From: Bacteroidota bacterium
Lineage (GTDB): Bacteria > Bacteroidota > Bacteroidia > UKL13-3
Assembly (NCBI GenBank): GCA_030699355.1
Contig: JAUYMZ010000454.1
Location: forward strand, 1-47,078
Reading direction: 5' to 3'
DNA: 47,078 nucleotides
Under the pieces are notes generated by a model. That model ran no database searches and was not told the DNA's origin. It was given only the letters and a program-made list of their open reading frames with translations. The position numbers were made by a program, and so were the translations under genes. Below, piece by piece: positions 1-9,800 of this stretch. The stretch's first letter is position 1. Every line of letters starts with the position of its first letter.

Positions 1-1
1 C

Positions 2-1027
2 TTTGTTTGTCCACTCCCTTATTAATTGGTAGTACTTGCCAGATTTGTACTCATCACAAGCTACAGAGCCTTCTTTGCCATACAGGCCATCCGATTGGCT
101 TGCCCAGCCTGTTTCGCCAATATGAACGGGTTTATCTATGCCCAAAGATTGCATGTACTTAACTACGCTTAAGTATTGATTTTTGGCATAATAAAGTGAA
201 CGCAGCATCAGTGAGTCAATCATGACTTCTTTTGTGAATGTTGTTTCATTGGGTTTCACGCCCCAAAATACAGGATTGTAATGGGTATCATGCATTGGGT
301 AGGTATGTATAGAAACATAATCTACGGCTTGGTATAGTTTCTTTAAATCATCCACATGATACAAGGAATCGCCACCACCCCACGAGGCAAAATTATCTGA
401 AGAGCTAATCCAAAGCTCTTTAGGCAAAGCTCCTGTTGCTTTTAAATCTTGTAAATGCTTCACCCATTTTAAAATAATCTTAGGTTCAACATAATAACTT
501 GTTGCCCATTTTACCATGGCTTCATTGCCAACGGATATAATTTTTACAATATCCGCGTATTCGTTTGCTAGTTGAACCGCTCTTGCTATCTCAGTGGTAT
601 TTGCTTCTAAGTTTTCTTGCGTATGATTAGGTTCAGCCAGAGACCAAGCGTTTGCGCAATCTATCCAAGCCCCTAGCATTACATACATTTCAAAGCTTTG
701 CTGTTCTTTTTTTAAGCTTGTTATGGCTTTTAATAGGGTATCTATTTCAGTAAGTTTTGTGTTGTAGGTGCGGAGTATTTTAATACCCATTGCATGCATT
801 AGTTTTAAGTCGTCTTTAACTTGAGCTAGGCTTGGAACGATATCGCGTGTGTTGGTTCTATAACCACCGTAACAAATGGCCAAATAGTTTGAATCGCCTA
901 AAATTTGAGCCGCAGTTTTGGTATTGGCCGCTTGTGTTGCTTGCGTATTTTCGTTTCGAAAACTACATGAGTTTAGAATAATTGCTATTAATCCTACTAA
1001 AAAGTATTTTAAACCCAGCTTCAACAT
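2..1027 (-). CDS. GH17-like beta-1,3-glucanase/transglycosylase lipoprotein; the 3' end runs off the left edge of the window
   Basis: Not in the ORF track because no stop lies in the window. My translation from the ATG at 1025-1027 (minus) gives MLKLGLKYFLVGLIAIILNSCSF..., a lipoprotein box. It continues through ...ISVGNEAMVKW... (acid/base NE) and ...KPVHIGETGWASQSDG..., a near match to the GH17 E-[ST]-G-W-[PA]-[STN] nucleophile signature. Its start is 4 nt from the stop of the upstream gene. Confidence 0.7.
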   Translation of the reverse strand, partial: MLKLGLKYFLVGLIAIILNSCSFRNENTQATQAANTKTAAQILGDSNYLAICYGGYRTNTRDIVPSLAQVKDDLKLMHAMGIKILRTYNTKLTEIDTLLKAITSLKKEQQSFEMYVMLGAWIDCANAWSLAEPNHTQENLEANTTEIARAVQLANEYADIVKIISVGNEAMVKWATSYYVEPKIILKWVKHLQDLKATGALPKELWISSSDNFASWGGGDSLYHVDDLKKLYQAVDYVSIHTYPMHDTHYNPVFWGVKPNETTFTKEVMIDSLMLRSLYYAKNQYLSVVKYMQSLGIDKPVHIGETGWASQSDGLYGKEGSVACDEYKSGKYYQLIREWTNK

Positions 1028-1031
1028 GCCT

Positions 1032-4000
1032 TTATTTTAAGATAGACTTATTAATATGTACGGTAATTTTTGCTACTTCGCCTGTTCTGCAAAATATATC
1101 GGTACTTGTTGCCTTATCTAAAGAAAGGGATGGTTGTTGAATGATGGTGCCATCTTTCTTTTCAATTTCAAGGGAGTTTTCTTCAGATAAATTATAAACA
1201 ACCGGAATCTGACAATACGTAAAACATATGGAGCCTATTGGTGGCGCAAAGGTTTTATGTTCTTTATGGATAGTTACATAATGAAAGGTGCGTTCTTGTG
1301 TTGTAAACTCATCTTTGCGCAATAAGCAAGGATTAAAATACAAGCAACCTTCTGCCACAAAAACACCCAACTCGCCAAATCTGCTAAGTATATCTTCCTT
1401 TACCTGACCCGTCATGCCGGGTTGCTGCGCACCTTTGTTTGCAGGTGTGTGCGAGTATGGGTCGGTTGGGAAGGCACCATACAACGAGGGCGATTTATGT
1501 ACACCCACCCCAGCATTTATTTCGTAATAATGTTCCAATAATTTACCTGTTACTTCGGCAGATTCGTTTGCTGTTATCGCTTGTAAACATACTTCTTGAA
1601 CCGCCAATTGCAATTTAGAAACCATGTGCCAATAGATAGAACCAAGGCCTTCGTATCCATAAAATGTACCCGAACGTCCGGTAAATGATTTATGGTCGAA
1701 CACGGTTTCAAATAGGTCTAAAAACGACTGTTTTTCTTCCTGTATTAAGTCGCCATACTTTTGAGTATCTAAATTGGCAATGGCCTCACTTAAATCAGCC
1801 GCATTTTTAAAGATACCATTAAAATGATACACTCCTGTAATATCAAGCTCTACCAAAGTTTTGTCGCCCTTATCAAGCATCATTTTTATAAGCTTCGATT
1901 GTGCTATAGCAGATGCAGGTATCTTATTTTTCTCTAAAAATTTAGGTAGTTTTTTATTTGGGTACAACAAATAGCTATACTGGTCGGGACGAAACAACGC
2001 GCTTTGCTTCATGCTGTCTAGCAAATGTAAGGCATCTTTAGGAGATAAGTAACCAGAGCTTAGCACGGCTACTTGTCCTTCAAGCATTTCACTGAGGTAA
2101 GAAATCGCTACTTCATTTGAGTTTTGAAAGCTCATTAAGTTGTAAGAGTGATACATATTATCAGGGCGCTTATTGGCGGCAATTGTGTGCTCTGTAAACG
2201 CTATGCTTAGCTTCACAAATGCTTTTAATCGGCGGTACGAAATCGTTCTTTTCTCTCCCCAAAAAGAGAGTTTGTAAATGTGTTTTCTGTATTCGCTTCC
2301 TGCTTCACCTAAACTATCTAGTATTACTTTTCTTTGTTCATTGCTAATTTCGCCCTGCAATAAGTGCGCATTTTCTTCTAAAGTAGCATGAATCTTTTTA
2401 AAGAATATAATCAATTCGTTTGATAACTCTACGCGCTCGTCCTTGGTTTGTTCAATTAAGGTATCAAAAAACACCAAGAATCTTCTTAAATAGCAAAGGG
2501 TAACTACCGAAACGCCATTCCCAACCAAGGCATTGTTTGCATCGTTCCATTCTGGCCTTTGCGTATTCATCCAAATACCTGCGCCCGGAATAAAATTGGA
2601 GAGTTTAGCCAAAACGCTGGCGAGTATTTTTTCTATGAAGTTTACGGTATAAATCTTTTCGTTTTGAGCCAATAAAAGCGTTGCGTCTGAACCTATTGCT
2701 TCTCTGTTTTTCCTAATATGAGCATCCAATTCCTCATCAAACTCAATGGTATCTTTGGCGTTTTTAACAATCTCTTGGTAAGGCTTTATTTTGTAAGGTA
2801 CATTGGCATACACAAATTGTTCTAACTTAAATTGGCTACTCAACTGACCAGGAAAGTATTTCTCATTAATTTCTAATAATTTAAGCAAGTAAATAATCTG
2901 ATGATCGCCCCAATAACCAATATACGACCAAGGATTGTCTGGTTCAACCGTTTCCCAATCAAATCCGCCTTTTGTTAAGCGATAAGGATTGTATCCTTCA
3001 AAAGTAGTAGCATTTAAAAACTTATGAATCATGCTGCGGGTAAAGCCAGGAAAAGAAATAGATAAGGCTTCCCAATTTTGAAAAATATCTCTCCAATTTC
3101 CTTCGTAATCCAAGATTTTCGAATGGTCTACCGCACTGCGGGTATTAATAGAAAATTTATTCCAAGGCCTGCTCGGGTCGCCATGCCTTCTGCTAAACTT
3201 TAAAGGCAAGTATTCTGTGCAAAGCCTTTTAAAATCATTGTCGTTGGTTTGGGCATATAAGGCTTCTAGTTCAAAAACAGTAAATGTTTCTCCTAAGCTT
3301 TCTAATAATTGCTTGTGGTTTTCGTATACTGTTTTGTTGGCATTGGCTATAGATTTTATTAGGTCCCATTTTTCAATTTGGTAATTAAAATCAAAAATCC
3401 CGCCACGCATAATATTGAAGAGTGTATTGGCAAAATGCCTGGTATCTCTGTAAACATCCTTCGACAATTGAATGCCATCTGCTGAGGCATTTAATTCCAT
3501 TAAGCGGTCTGAACCAAGCGCTATATCATCTGTTACCTGCTTATTGAGGTTTTTGTTGTTTTTTATTTCATGTATAAGTTTTACAACATTGGCCTGACTT
3601 TGATTTACATCTGCCACAATCATCCATTGTTGTTGGCTACCTGCTGCCAAGGAGATTTTTTTATTAACGAAGTAAGCACCACGTTCTGCTTTTACATCTA
3701 ACTCTTGCACAATCGGAAGTCCTTTTCTAAAGGCATCGAGCTGCATGGAAGAAATTAAGTGTAAGGGATTATCCAATCCAAGAGACCAAGCTATATTGGC
3801 CATCAAGGCTTCACTTGGTTCAGCCTTATCTACAATAATGGCACTTAGGGCAAAAATACCCAAGCCAGAATCTAGGTCTAGTTCATTGCGTTTGTATGCA
3901 TCAACTAAATTGCTTGTGGCGTTTTGCAAATCACTGCTTACCCCATCGGGCATAATGTTTTGGATGCCATCTAAAATGTTTATAGTAAGCTCTCGGCCAC

Positions 4001-4484
4001 TATTGTTTAGCAACCACGATTTGCGCACAAAACCATATAGGTTACTCGAGTTCCATTCGTACCTAAATGTAAGTTCAAATTGGTGGTTTATTTCCTCGAA
4101 AATAATTTTGTTTCCAATGGCATTTTTATAAATATTCCGGGTAATGCGCTGTTGGGTAGCGTTGCGTTCAGAAAATGGTTCCCAGATATGGGTTTGCTCA
4201 TTTTGAATAACCTGAAAAATACTTTTAGAGCCAGTAGTATCGTATGCCTCTGTAATTTTATCTGCCGTGTAATAAGGAAACAAGGCGTATTCTGCGCTTT
4301 TGCGCCCCGCCGAAACGCCTCCATTGCTGGCAATGAACATCCAATGGTGAGAGTCGCTCACAATGCTCATAAAAAACGGACGAATTTGATCGTGATTGGA
4401 AATACAAAAGAAATTTTCGCCTTCTATTTTTAATCTTTTTATGGCAACTAAAGATGCTTCTTCAACTTGTTTTTGACCTGACAT
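1032..4484 (-). CDS. Large cytoplasmic (alpha/alpha)6-type glycoside phosphorylase-like protein; candidate GH94-clan (GH149/GH161-like) beta-1,3-glucan/oligosaccharide phosphorylase
   Basis: 1150-aa ORF with no signal peptide. It contains TQRPEWNDANNALVGNG (Asp648 codon at 2541-2543), resembling the catalytic W-N-D segment of GH94-type phosphorylases. Size and the GH16/GH17 neighbours fit what is reported for bacterial GH149 genes. The ORF is secure; the function is inferred. Confidence 0.55.
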   Translation of the reverse strand: MSGQKQVEEASLVAIKRLKIEGENFFCISNHDQIRPFFMSIVSDSHHWMFIASNGGVSAGRKSAEYALFPYYTADKITEAYDTTGSKSIFQVIQNEQTHIWEPFSERNATQQRITRNIYKNAIGNKIIFEEINHQFELTFRYEWNSSNLYGFVRKSWLLNNSGRELTINILDGIQNIMPDGVSSDLQNATSNLVDAYKRNELDLDSGLGIFALSAIIVDKAEPSEALMANIAWSLGLDNPLHLISSMQLDAFRKGLPIVQELDVKAERGAYFVNKKISLAAGSQQQWMIVADVNQSQANVVKLIHEIKNNKNLNKQVTDDIALGSDRLMELNASADGIQLSKDVYRDTRHFANTLFNIMRGGIFDFNYQIEKWDLIKSIANANKTVYENHKQLLESLGETFTVFELEALYAQTNDNDFKRLCTEYLPLKFSRRHGDPSRPWNKFSINTRSAVDHSKILDYEGNWRDIFQNWEALSISFPGFTRSMIHKFLNATTFEGYNPYRLTKGGFDWETVEPDNPWSYIGYWGDHQIIYLLKLLEINEKYFPGQLSSQFKLEQFVYANVPYKIKPYQEIVKNAKDTIEFDEELDAHIRKNREAIGSDATLLLAQNEKIYTVNFIEKILASVLAKLSNFIPGAGIWMNTQRPEWNDANNALVGNGVSVVTLCYLRRFLVFFDTLIEQTKDERVELSNELIIFFKKIHATLEENAHLLQGEISNEQRKVILDSLGEAGSEYRKHIYKLSFWGEKRTISYRRLKAFVKLSIAFTEHTIAANKRPDNMYHSYNLMSFQNSNEVAISYLSEMLEGQVAVLSSGYLSPKDALHLLDSMKQSALFRPDQYSYLLYPNKKLPKFLEKNKIPASAIAQSKLIKMMLDKGDKTLVELDITGVYHFNGIFKNAADLSEAIANLDTQKYGDLIQEEKQSFLDLFETVFDHKSFTGRSGTFYGYEGLGSIYWHMVSKLQLAVQEVCLQAITANESAEVTGKLLEHYYEINAGVGVHKSPSLYGAFPTDPYSHTPANKGAQQPGMTGQVKEDILSRFGELGVFVAEGCLYFNPCLLRKDEFTTQERTFHYVTIHKEHKTFAPPIGSICFTYCQIPVVYNLSEENSLEIEKKDGTIIQQPSLSLDKATSTDIFCRTGEVAKITVHINKSILK

Positions 4485-4540
4485 TATACTTATCTATTCC
4501 TAATTATTTTATAAACTAAATTATTCCCAAGGGTTATTGT

Positions 4541-5365
4541 TTATTTTTCCTTGTAAGCCCTTACATAATCAATTGTCATAGCACCCGGAAAAGGGGTAAA
4601 TTGGTTAGGTGGGCCAACAAAACTTCCGCCTACTGCTATGTTCATGATAATAAAAAATGGCTGATTAAATACCCACTCTCCGGGTACTTCCAAAGGTGTA
4701 ATTCTTCTATACAAATAACCGTCTACAAAGAAGTCTATTTTGCTTTCATTCCATTCAACAGCATATACATGAAAATCATTGTCGAACCTATCATTCTGAA
4801 GCGTGAATGGGGTGGTAATAGCTTGCCCTCCAGAATAACCCGGACCATGAATTGAGCCATAGGTAATATTTGAGAATTTACCCTTTTGTTCCATGATGTC
4901 AATTTCTCCGCATTGTGGCCAACTTACTGTTGGAATATTATTTCCCAACATCCAAAATGCCGGCCAAATACCAGAACCCGTCGGCGTTTTAATGCGCGCT
5001 TCTACCTTTCCAAACTGATGGGTAAATAAGCCCTGCGTTTTTACACGCGCCGAAGTGTAACTTCCATTATTGCTTTTTAATGCTGTGATAACCAAATTTC
5101 CCTTACCATCTAAAGAAACATTCGCTGGATTTTTGGTGTAGGTTTGCAATTCGTTGTTTCCCCAACCGTTCTGACCAGTGCCTAAATCATAAGTCCATTT
5201 TTCGGCATTGGGTAAGGTGGCAGAATCACCATCAAATTCATCACTCCAAACCAATTCAAAATTTCTTTCTGGTAACTTCTGTATGGGTTCAACCTTACAA
5301 CTTGCCATAACCGCTGCTATGGCGGCAATTAATATAACTGTATTCGAATTTTTCATTGACTTCAT
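4541..5365 (-). CDS. GH16 endo-beta-1,3-glucanase (laminarinase) lipoprotein
   Basis: Signal peptide plus lipobox (AAVMASC). GH16 catalytic motif E-I-D-I-M-E at aa 154-159 (nt 4889-4906), with WPAFWMLG just upstream. Confidence 0.9.
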   Translation of the reverse strand: MKSMKNSNTVILIAAIAAVMASCKVEPIQKLPERNFELVWSDEFDGDSATLPNAEKWTYDLGTGQNGWGNNELQTYTKNPANVSLDGKGNLVITALKSNNGSYTSARVKTQGLFTHQFGKVEARIKTPTGSGIWPAFWMLGNNIPTVSWPQCGEIDIMEQKGKFSNITYGSIHGPGYSGGQAITTPFTLQNDRFDNDFHVYAVEWNESKIDFFVDGYLYRRITPLEVPGEWVFNQPFFIIMNIAVGGSFVGPPNQFTPFPGAMTIDYVRAYKEK

Positions 5366-5388
5366 TTTAAAAAATTTAATGCTAATTA

Positions 5389-6810
5389 CTATTTATAAAA
5401 ATAAATATTATCTAAGATAAAATTGGGTCCGCCTGTAATAATAATGGCGCCAATATTGCCTTTTTGATTTAAAATACCTCCATTTAATGGAATATCAAAA
5501 GATTTCCAAACGCCACTTTGAAAGCCCGTTAAATTGGTTCTTACATCTCTATCATCTCCCATCGGATTGCCTGTATTTACATCTGTTTCTATGGTTTTGT
5601 TTGAACCTATATCTCTTATTTGAATACCAATGCTTGTGTTCGCATTTTCTACATAGGCATCTATGTGTATAAATCCAAGCGTAGAAGCATCTATAGGGTT
5701 TTCAGTGAACATAATACCTGTATAATTATTGTTGCTGTATTGTGCCACCTTGCCGGTGCTTGTATTTAAAATTTCTGTTATGGTTGTTGAGCCTCCAAAA
5801 TTGGGGGTAAAATTGCTAACAGTGGCATCGGTATAAGCATCGCTAAAAACAGATTTTACATCGGCTGCTGGTCTTGTTGGTACAGGCGAACCAACCAAGT
5901 CTCCTTTACATTCTACTGTTAATTTTCCTTTAGCAGCAACACCATTTACAGTGGCTGTAATATCAGCGGTACCCACAGCCAATGAGGTTACTACACCCGT
6001 TTCATTCACAGAGGCTACCGTTGGGTTAGAGCTGATAAAGTTATAATAAGCAGGGGTAGAAATTACGCTCACATCTTGCCCGGTTACCAAGTTATATACA
6101 TGGGTTAAACCTGTTATATTGATGGTTGAACCAATAAATGATTTAACAATACTTGTTTGTCCGTTTAAAATATTAGTGCTTGGTTTTCCTACTGTGCCAA
6201 GTTTTTCGAATTTAATTTCATCAAACCAAAGGGTATATCCTAAACCATTGGTTGCTTGTGTGCCTGCCGCAAACCAAAATACGCCTCTTTCATTTACTAA
6301 TTTTGATGGGTCTGGTATGGGAACAATAACTTTAGACCAACCTGTTCCCACATTGGTATTTTGAACCGTAACTTGGTATTTGTCGCCCAGGTAATCTATA
6401 CCAAAACCTACATCACCTAATATGGTTCCGGTAGAACCTTTAACGTAGAATGTAAGTGCGTCAAATCCGCTTAAGTTTCTGCCTGCACCATCTATTCTAA
6501 AAATAGCACCGGCGTAAGTGCCTGTTGGGTCTGTATTGTTGGGCACATCAATTCTAATAGAAGCATCACTTTTATAGCCTTCTTTCATATCCACTGAAAA
6601 CACATCTGGTTTTGCATCGGCAAATGGGAAATAAAAGTTTGAACCTAAACCAATAAAGTTATCGGTAAAAATTTCGCCTGTGCTTGAAAATTTAGGTAAA
6701 ACAGCGTCGTCAGATAATTTTCTTTCGCACCCTAATTCAAAAATAAGAATGAAAGCTAACAAACTTAAATGGAAGGGTTTTTTATTTAAAATATTCATCG
6801 TTTTCTTCAT
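5389..6810 (-). CDS. Surface glycan-binding lipoprotein: CBM-like beta-sandwich, Big_2 Ig-like domain, second CBM-like domain
   Basis: Lipobox (FELGCE). The N-terminal module ends ...GYTLWFDEIKFEKLG. The Big_2-like segment is ISSNPTVASVNETGVVTSLAVGTADITATVNGVAAKGKLTV. The C-terminal module begins SVFSDAYTDATVSNFTPNFGG, typical of glycan-binding modules in flavobacterial glucan loci. No catalytic motif seen. Confidence 0.6.
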   Translation of the reverse strand: MKKTMNILNKKPFHLSLLAFILIFELGCERKLSDDAVLPKFSSTGEIFTDNFIGLGSNFYFPFADAKPDVFSVDMKEGYKSDASIRIDVPNNTDPTGTYAGAIFRIDGAGRNLSGFDALTFYVKGSTGTILGDVGFGIDYLGDKYQVTVQNTNVGTGWSKVIVPIPDPSKLVNERGVFWFAAGTQATNGLGYTLWFDEIKFEKLGTVGKPSTNILNGQTSIVKSFIGSTINITGLTHVYNLVTGQDVSVISTPAYYNFISSNPTVASVNETGVVTSLAVGTADITATVNGVAAKGKLTVECKGDLVGSPVPTRPAADVKSVFSDAYTDATVSNFTPNFGGSTTITEILNTSTGKVAQYSNNNYTGIMFTENPIDASTLGFIHIDAYVENANTSIGIQIRDIGSNKTIETDVNTGNPMGDDRDVRTNLTGFQSGVWKSFDIPLNGGILNQKGNIGAIIITGGPNFILDNIYFYK

Positions 6811-6828
6811 TAAAAAGTAAGCATGTTA

Positions 6829-9800
6829 TTAATTATTGATATTTATTTGGGTATACACTCTAAATTCCCATTCGTTTCCATTCGGGAATCCAATCACATT
6901 TGGATCAGGAACCATTATGCCACTAGAGTTTAACATAAAAGCTGGAGCATATCTATTAGAGTATCTATCCAATGTGCGGAAAGTTCCTCTAAATCCTAGC
7001 TTAGTTCCTGGCATCAAGAACCAATCTGGTTTGCCAATTTCTATAGACCAATCTCCAATAAGTTGAAGTGGGAAGGTTTGGTTAAAATCTCGGTGATAGT
7101 CAAACGGACCCCAATCGTCAATTCTTACAATGGTCATCAGTTTCATTTTTTTGTAAATGGTTCTAACGTCAACGCCATATCTATTAATGGTTCTGGCATC
7201 ACTTCCGTTTGCTTGTCCGTTACCAAAATAAATGTTTCCAATAACACCAAATTCTGGGCTAATTTTTGAAACCAATCTGGTGTTAACTTCCCATAAATCT
7301 TGCGCTGGAGCTGAACCTGGGAATACAAAGGTGGTTCTACCATTTCCTAAAATACCAATGGCTGCGTCTTGCACGGTAGGTAAGTGGCGATACACAAAAC
7401 CTGCACTCATGGCAAACTTGGCATCTTCCATTCTATCATTGTCCCATTCGTACATCCAAGTAGCAGGTGTTGGGTCAAACGTAAGTAATAATTCTCCACC
7501 AACTGTTTCTCTATTTCCTCTTACAGAAAAGGGATCATCCAAAATGTTTCTTGGCCTAGCAGGTGCTGCAAAATTTGGGCCTATGGGTCCTACCAATGGT
7601 CTTTGATATAGAAAATTTGGTGCTATCTGAAATTTGCCAATGTTATAGGTAACTCCTGTTAAGGCATTGTACATGTTTCCGCTTCCTACATCTTTTAATA
7701 CCCAACCTGTAAAAGTTTTTGTTTGATCCACTCCTCCGTTGGCTACCAAACCCATATAAGAGGCTAGTCCGTACCAACGTATTGAACCAATAGAATAGGT
7801 AAGTTTTACTTTTCCGCCAAGGTTATCGGTAGTTTGTATTTTATCTTCATATACGGTGTTGTTTTCAACCATTTGAAAGGCTCTTCCAACAAGGGGTTGC
7901 CCGCCCCAAATGCCACCTACATCAAAGGTAAGTTTTTCCAACTTTTTGGCTACCACAAAGGTTAATCTCCTTGTTTTAGGCACGGGTACAGCAAACGAAC
8001 TTTGTAAATTGGTTCGTTGTACAATATCTTCATGGAAGATACCGGTTAGGTCTAAACCAGCTACTTTTTTACTGTACTTTACCAATACTGCTGGGTTTGC
8101 TCCCCACCATAATTCTGGGCCAAATGCTACTTTTAAACCTTTGAGTTTTCTTTTGGCTTCCATTTCAAAACCAAAGGGTGCATTACCGTTATAAATATCT
8201 ATGTTCGGACCATAATTTGCTTCTGGATATAGGCCAAAAAAATCGCCTTCATATCCCCAATGGTAATGGCCTGTTCTGTAAAAGCCGGTTAATTTAAATT
8301 CTTTTGCATCCCAACTGTAACTGGCTCTATATAATTGTAACCTGTTGTTATCTGAAATTTGTACCGGTCCATTGGGTGTGGCCACAGTAATTGGGCGACC
8401 TCTATTTTCGTAGAATATTTCGTCTATTGGATTGGTGGCTACATTACCTAAAAGGTTAAACTGAACGTTTGCCCGCATGTTTGGAGCCGGATTAGCGGTA
8501 ACGCCAATATTAAATGACTGCATGTGGTCAAAACCTTGCGCGTTGGGAAAGCCTGCGGCATTGGCAGGGTTGGAAGCTACAGGCGTGGAGGTTAAACTTC
8601 CACCCGTTTGGTAGGTGGTGAAATTAGCTTGTAGGTTGCTTAAATATAATTTGCCTTTATCTTTTGATTCTAATACTGCCTTATCACCCCTTGCCTTTAA
8701 TGCAAAATCGGCATTAGAAATACCATTAAAAAAGGTATTCATGGCTGCCATGTTTCCAGTGTATGGGTTATACCTATGTACATATTGCAAGGCATAATAA
8801 GCAGCTCTAGGATATAACTCGTAATTTCCTCTTTCGTTGGTTTGTCCTTTGGCGCATATTCCAAACCACTCTTCGTTCATGTTGTTTTCGCCGTTCACAA
8901 AATCGTTTTTGTAACCCCCGTTCGACCACGATGCGGTTGCGTCGTGAATATCTAGGTTTACCGTTTGGCCCGTTTTCCACCAGCCATCGCTAAATTGAAA
9001 GGTAAAACCGCCTAAACTATTGTCGTTATTGCCCATTCCGGCAGCGTTTTCGTAAATTCCTTTCCAATTGCTTACCAATACTTTTGCTTGATATTCTTGG
9101 TCTTCTTGGTTGGCAACCGTGTTATAGGCATCTGCTCCAAATTCGGTTAATAAAACCGGCATGTTTAAGTCCTTCTTTACTTTATCAAATAAATCGGTAA
9201 AGGTAGCACCACGGTATACGTTAATACCCAAAATATCTACGTCTTTACATTCTTTGGCAATGATATTTGAAAACAGTAAGTCGCCATTACATATGGCAAT
9301 AGGGTGATTGTTGCTTATTTGCTTTAATTCTTTAGCAGCATCATTAAAAAGCTTGTACAAATGCATAGCATCTTTGGTAGAGTTACGGTCGGCAAAGGGA
9401 ATATTTTCTGTTTCGGCACCTCTCCAAAATAGTCCGTAATTGTTCTCATTACCCAATAAAAAAAGCAAGATGCCGGGGGTTTCTTTGTATTGGGCTACCA
9501 TCTCTTTGGTTTCATTCAATAATAATTCACGTACTAGCGGACTAGAATAATCTGTAATAGCTTCCCACTTGCCTTTTACGGTTAATCCATATCTACCAAA
9601 AGAGTGGTTGAGCATGGTGTAAATACCGTAATTTTCGTATATATATTTAACCCATTTTGCTGGCACACCTGTATATTGGCGGATGGCATTCACCCCCATG
9701 TTTTTGAGCAGCGACATTTCATTATCAAGGGCAGCCATAATTACATCATCAGATTGATTCCATAAACTGTAATTGTAATTGGTTCCAACCGGAAAATAAT

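Noticed and set aside
3745-4433. Plus- and minus-strand ORFs of 81-128 aa overlapping the 5' part of the 1150-aa gene.
   Set aside because: They are embedded in a long, well-supported ORF and have no signal or motif content. The same applies to other short track ORFs inside the GH, RND, HK and acs genes.
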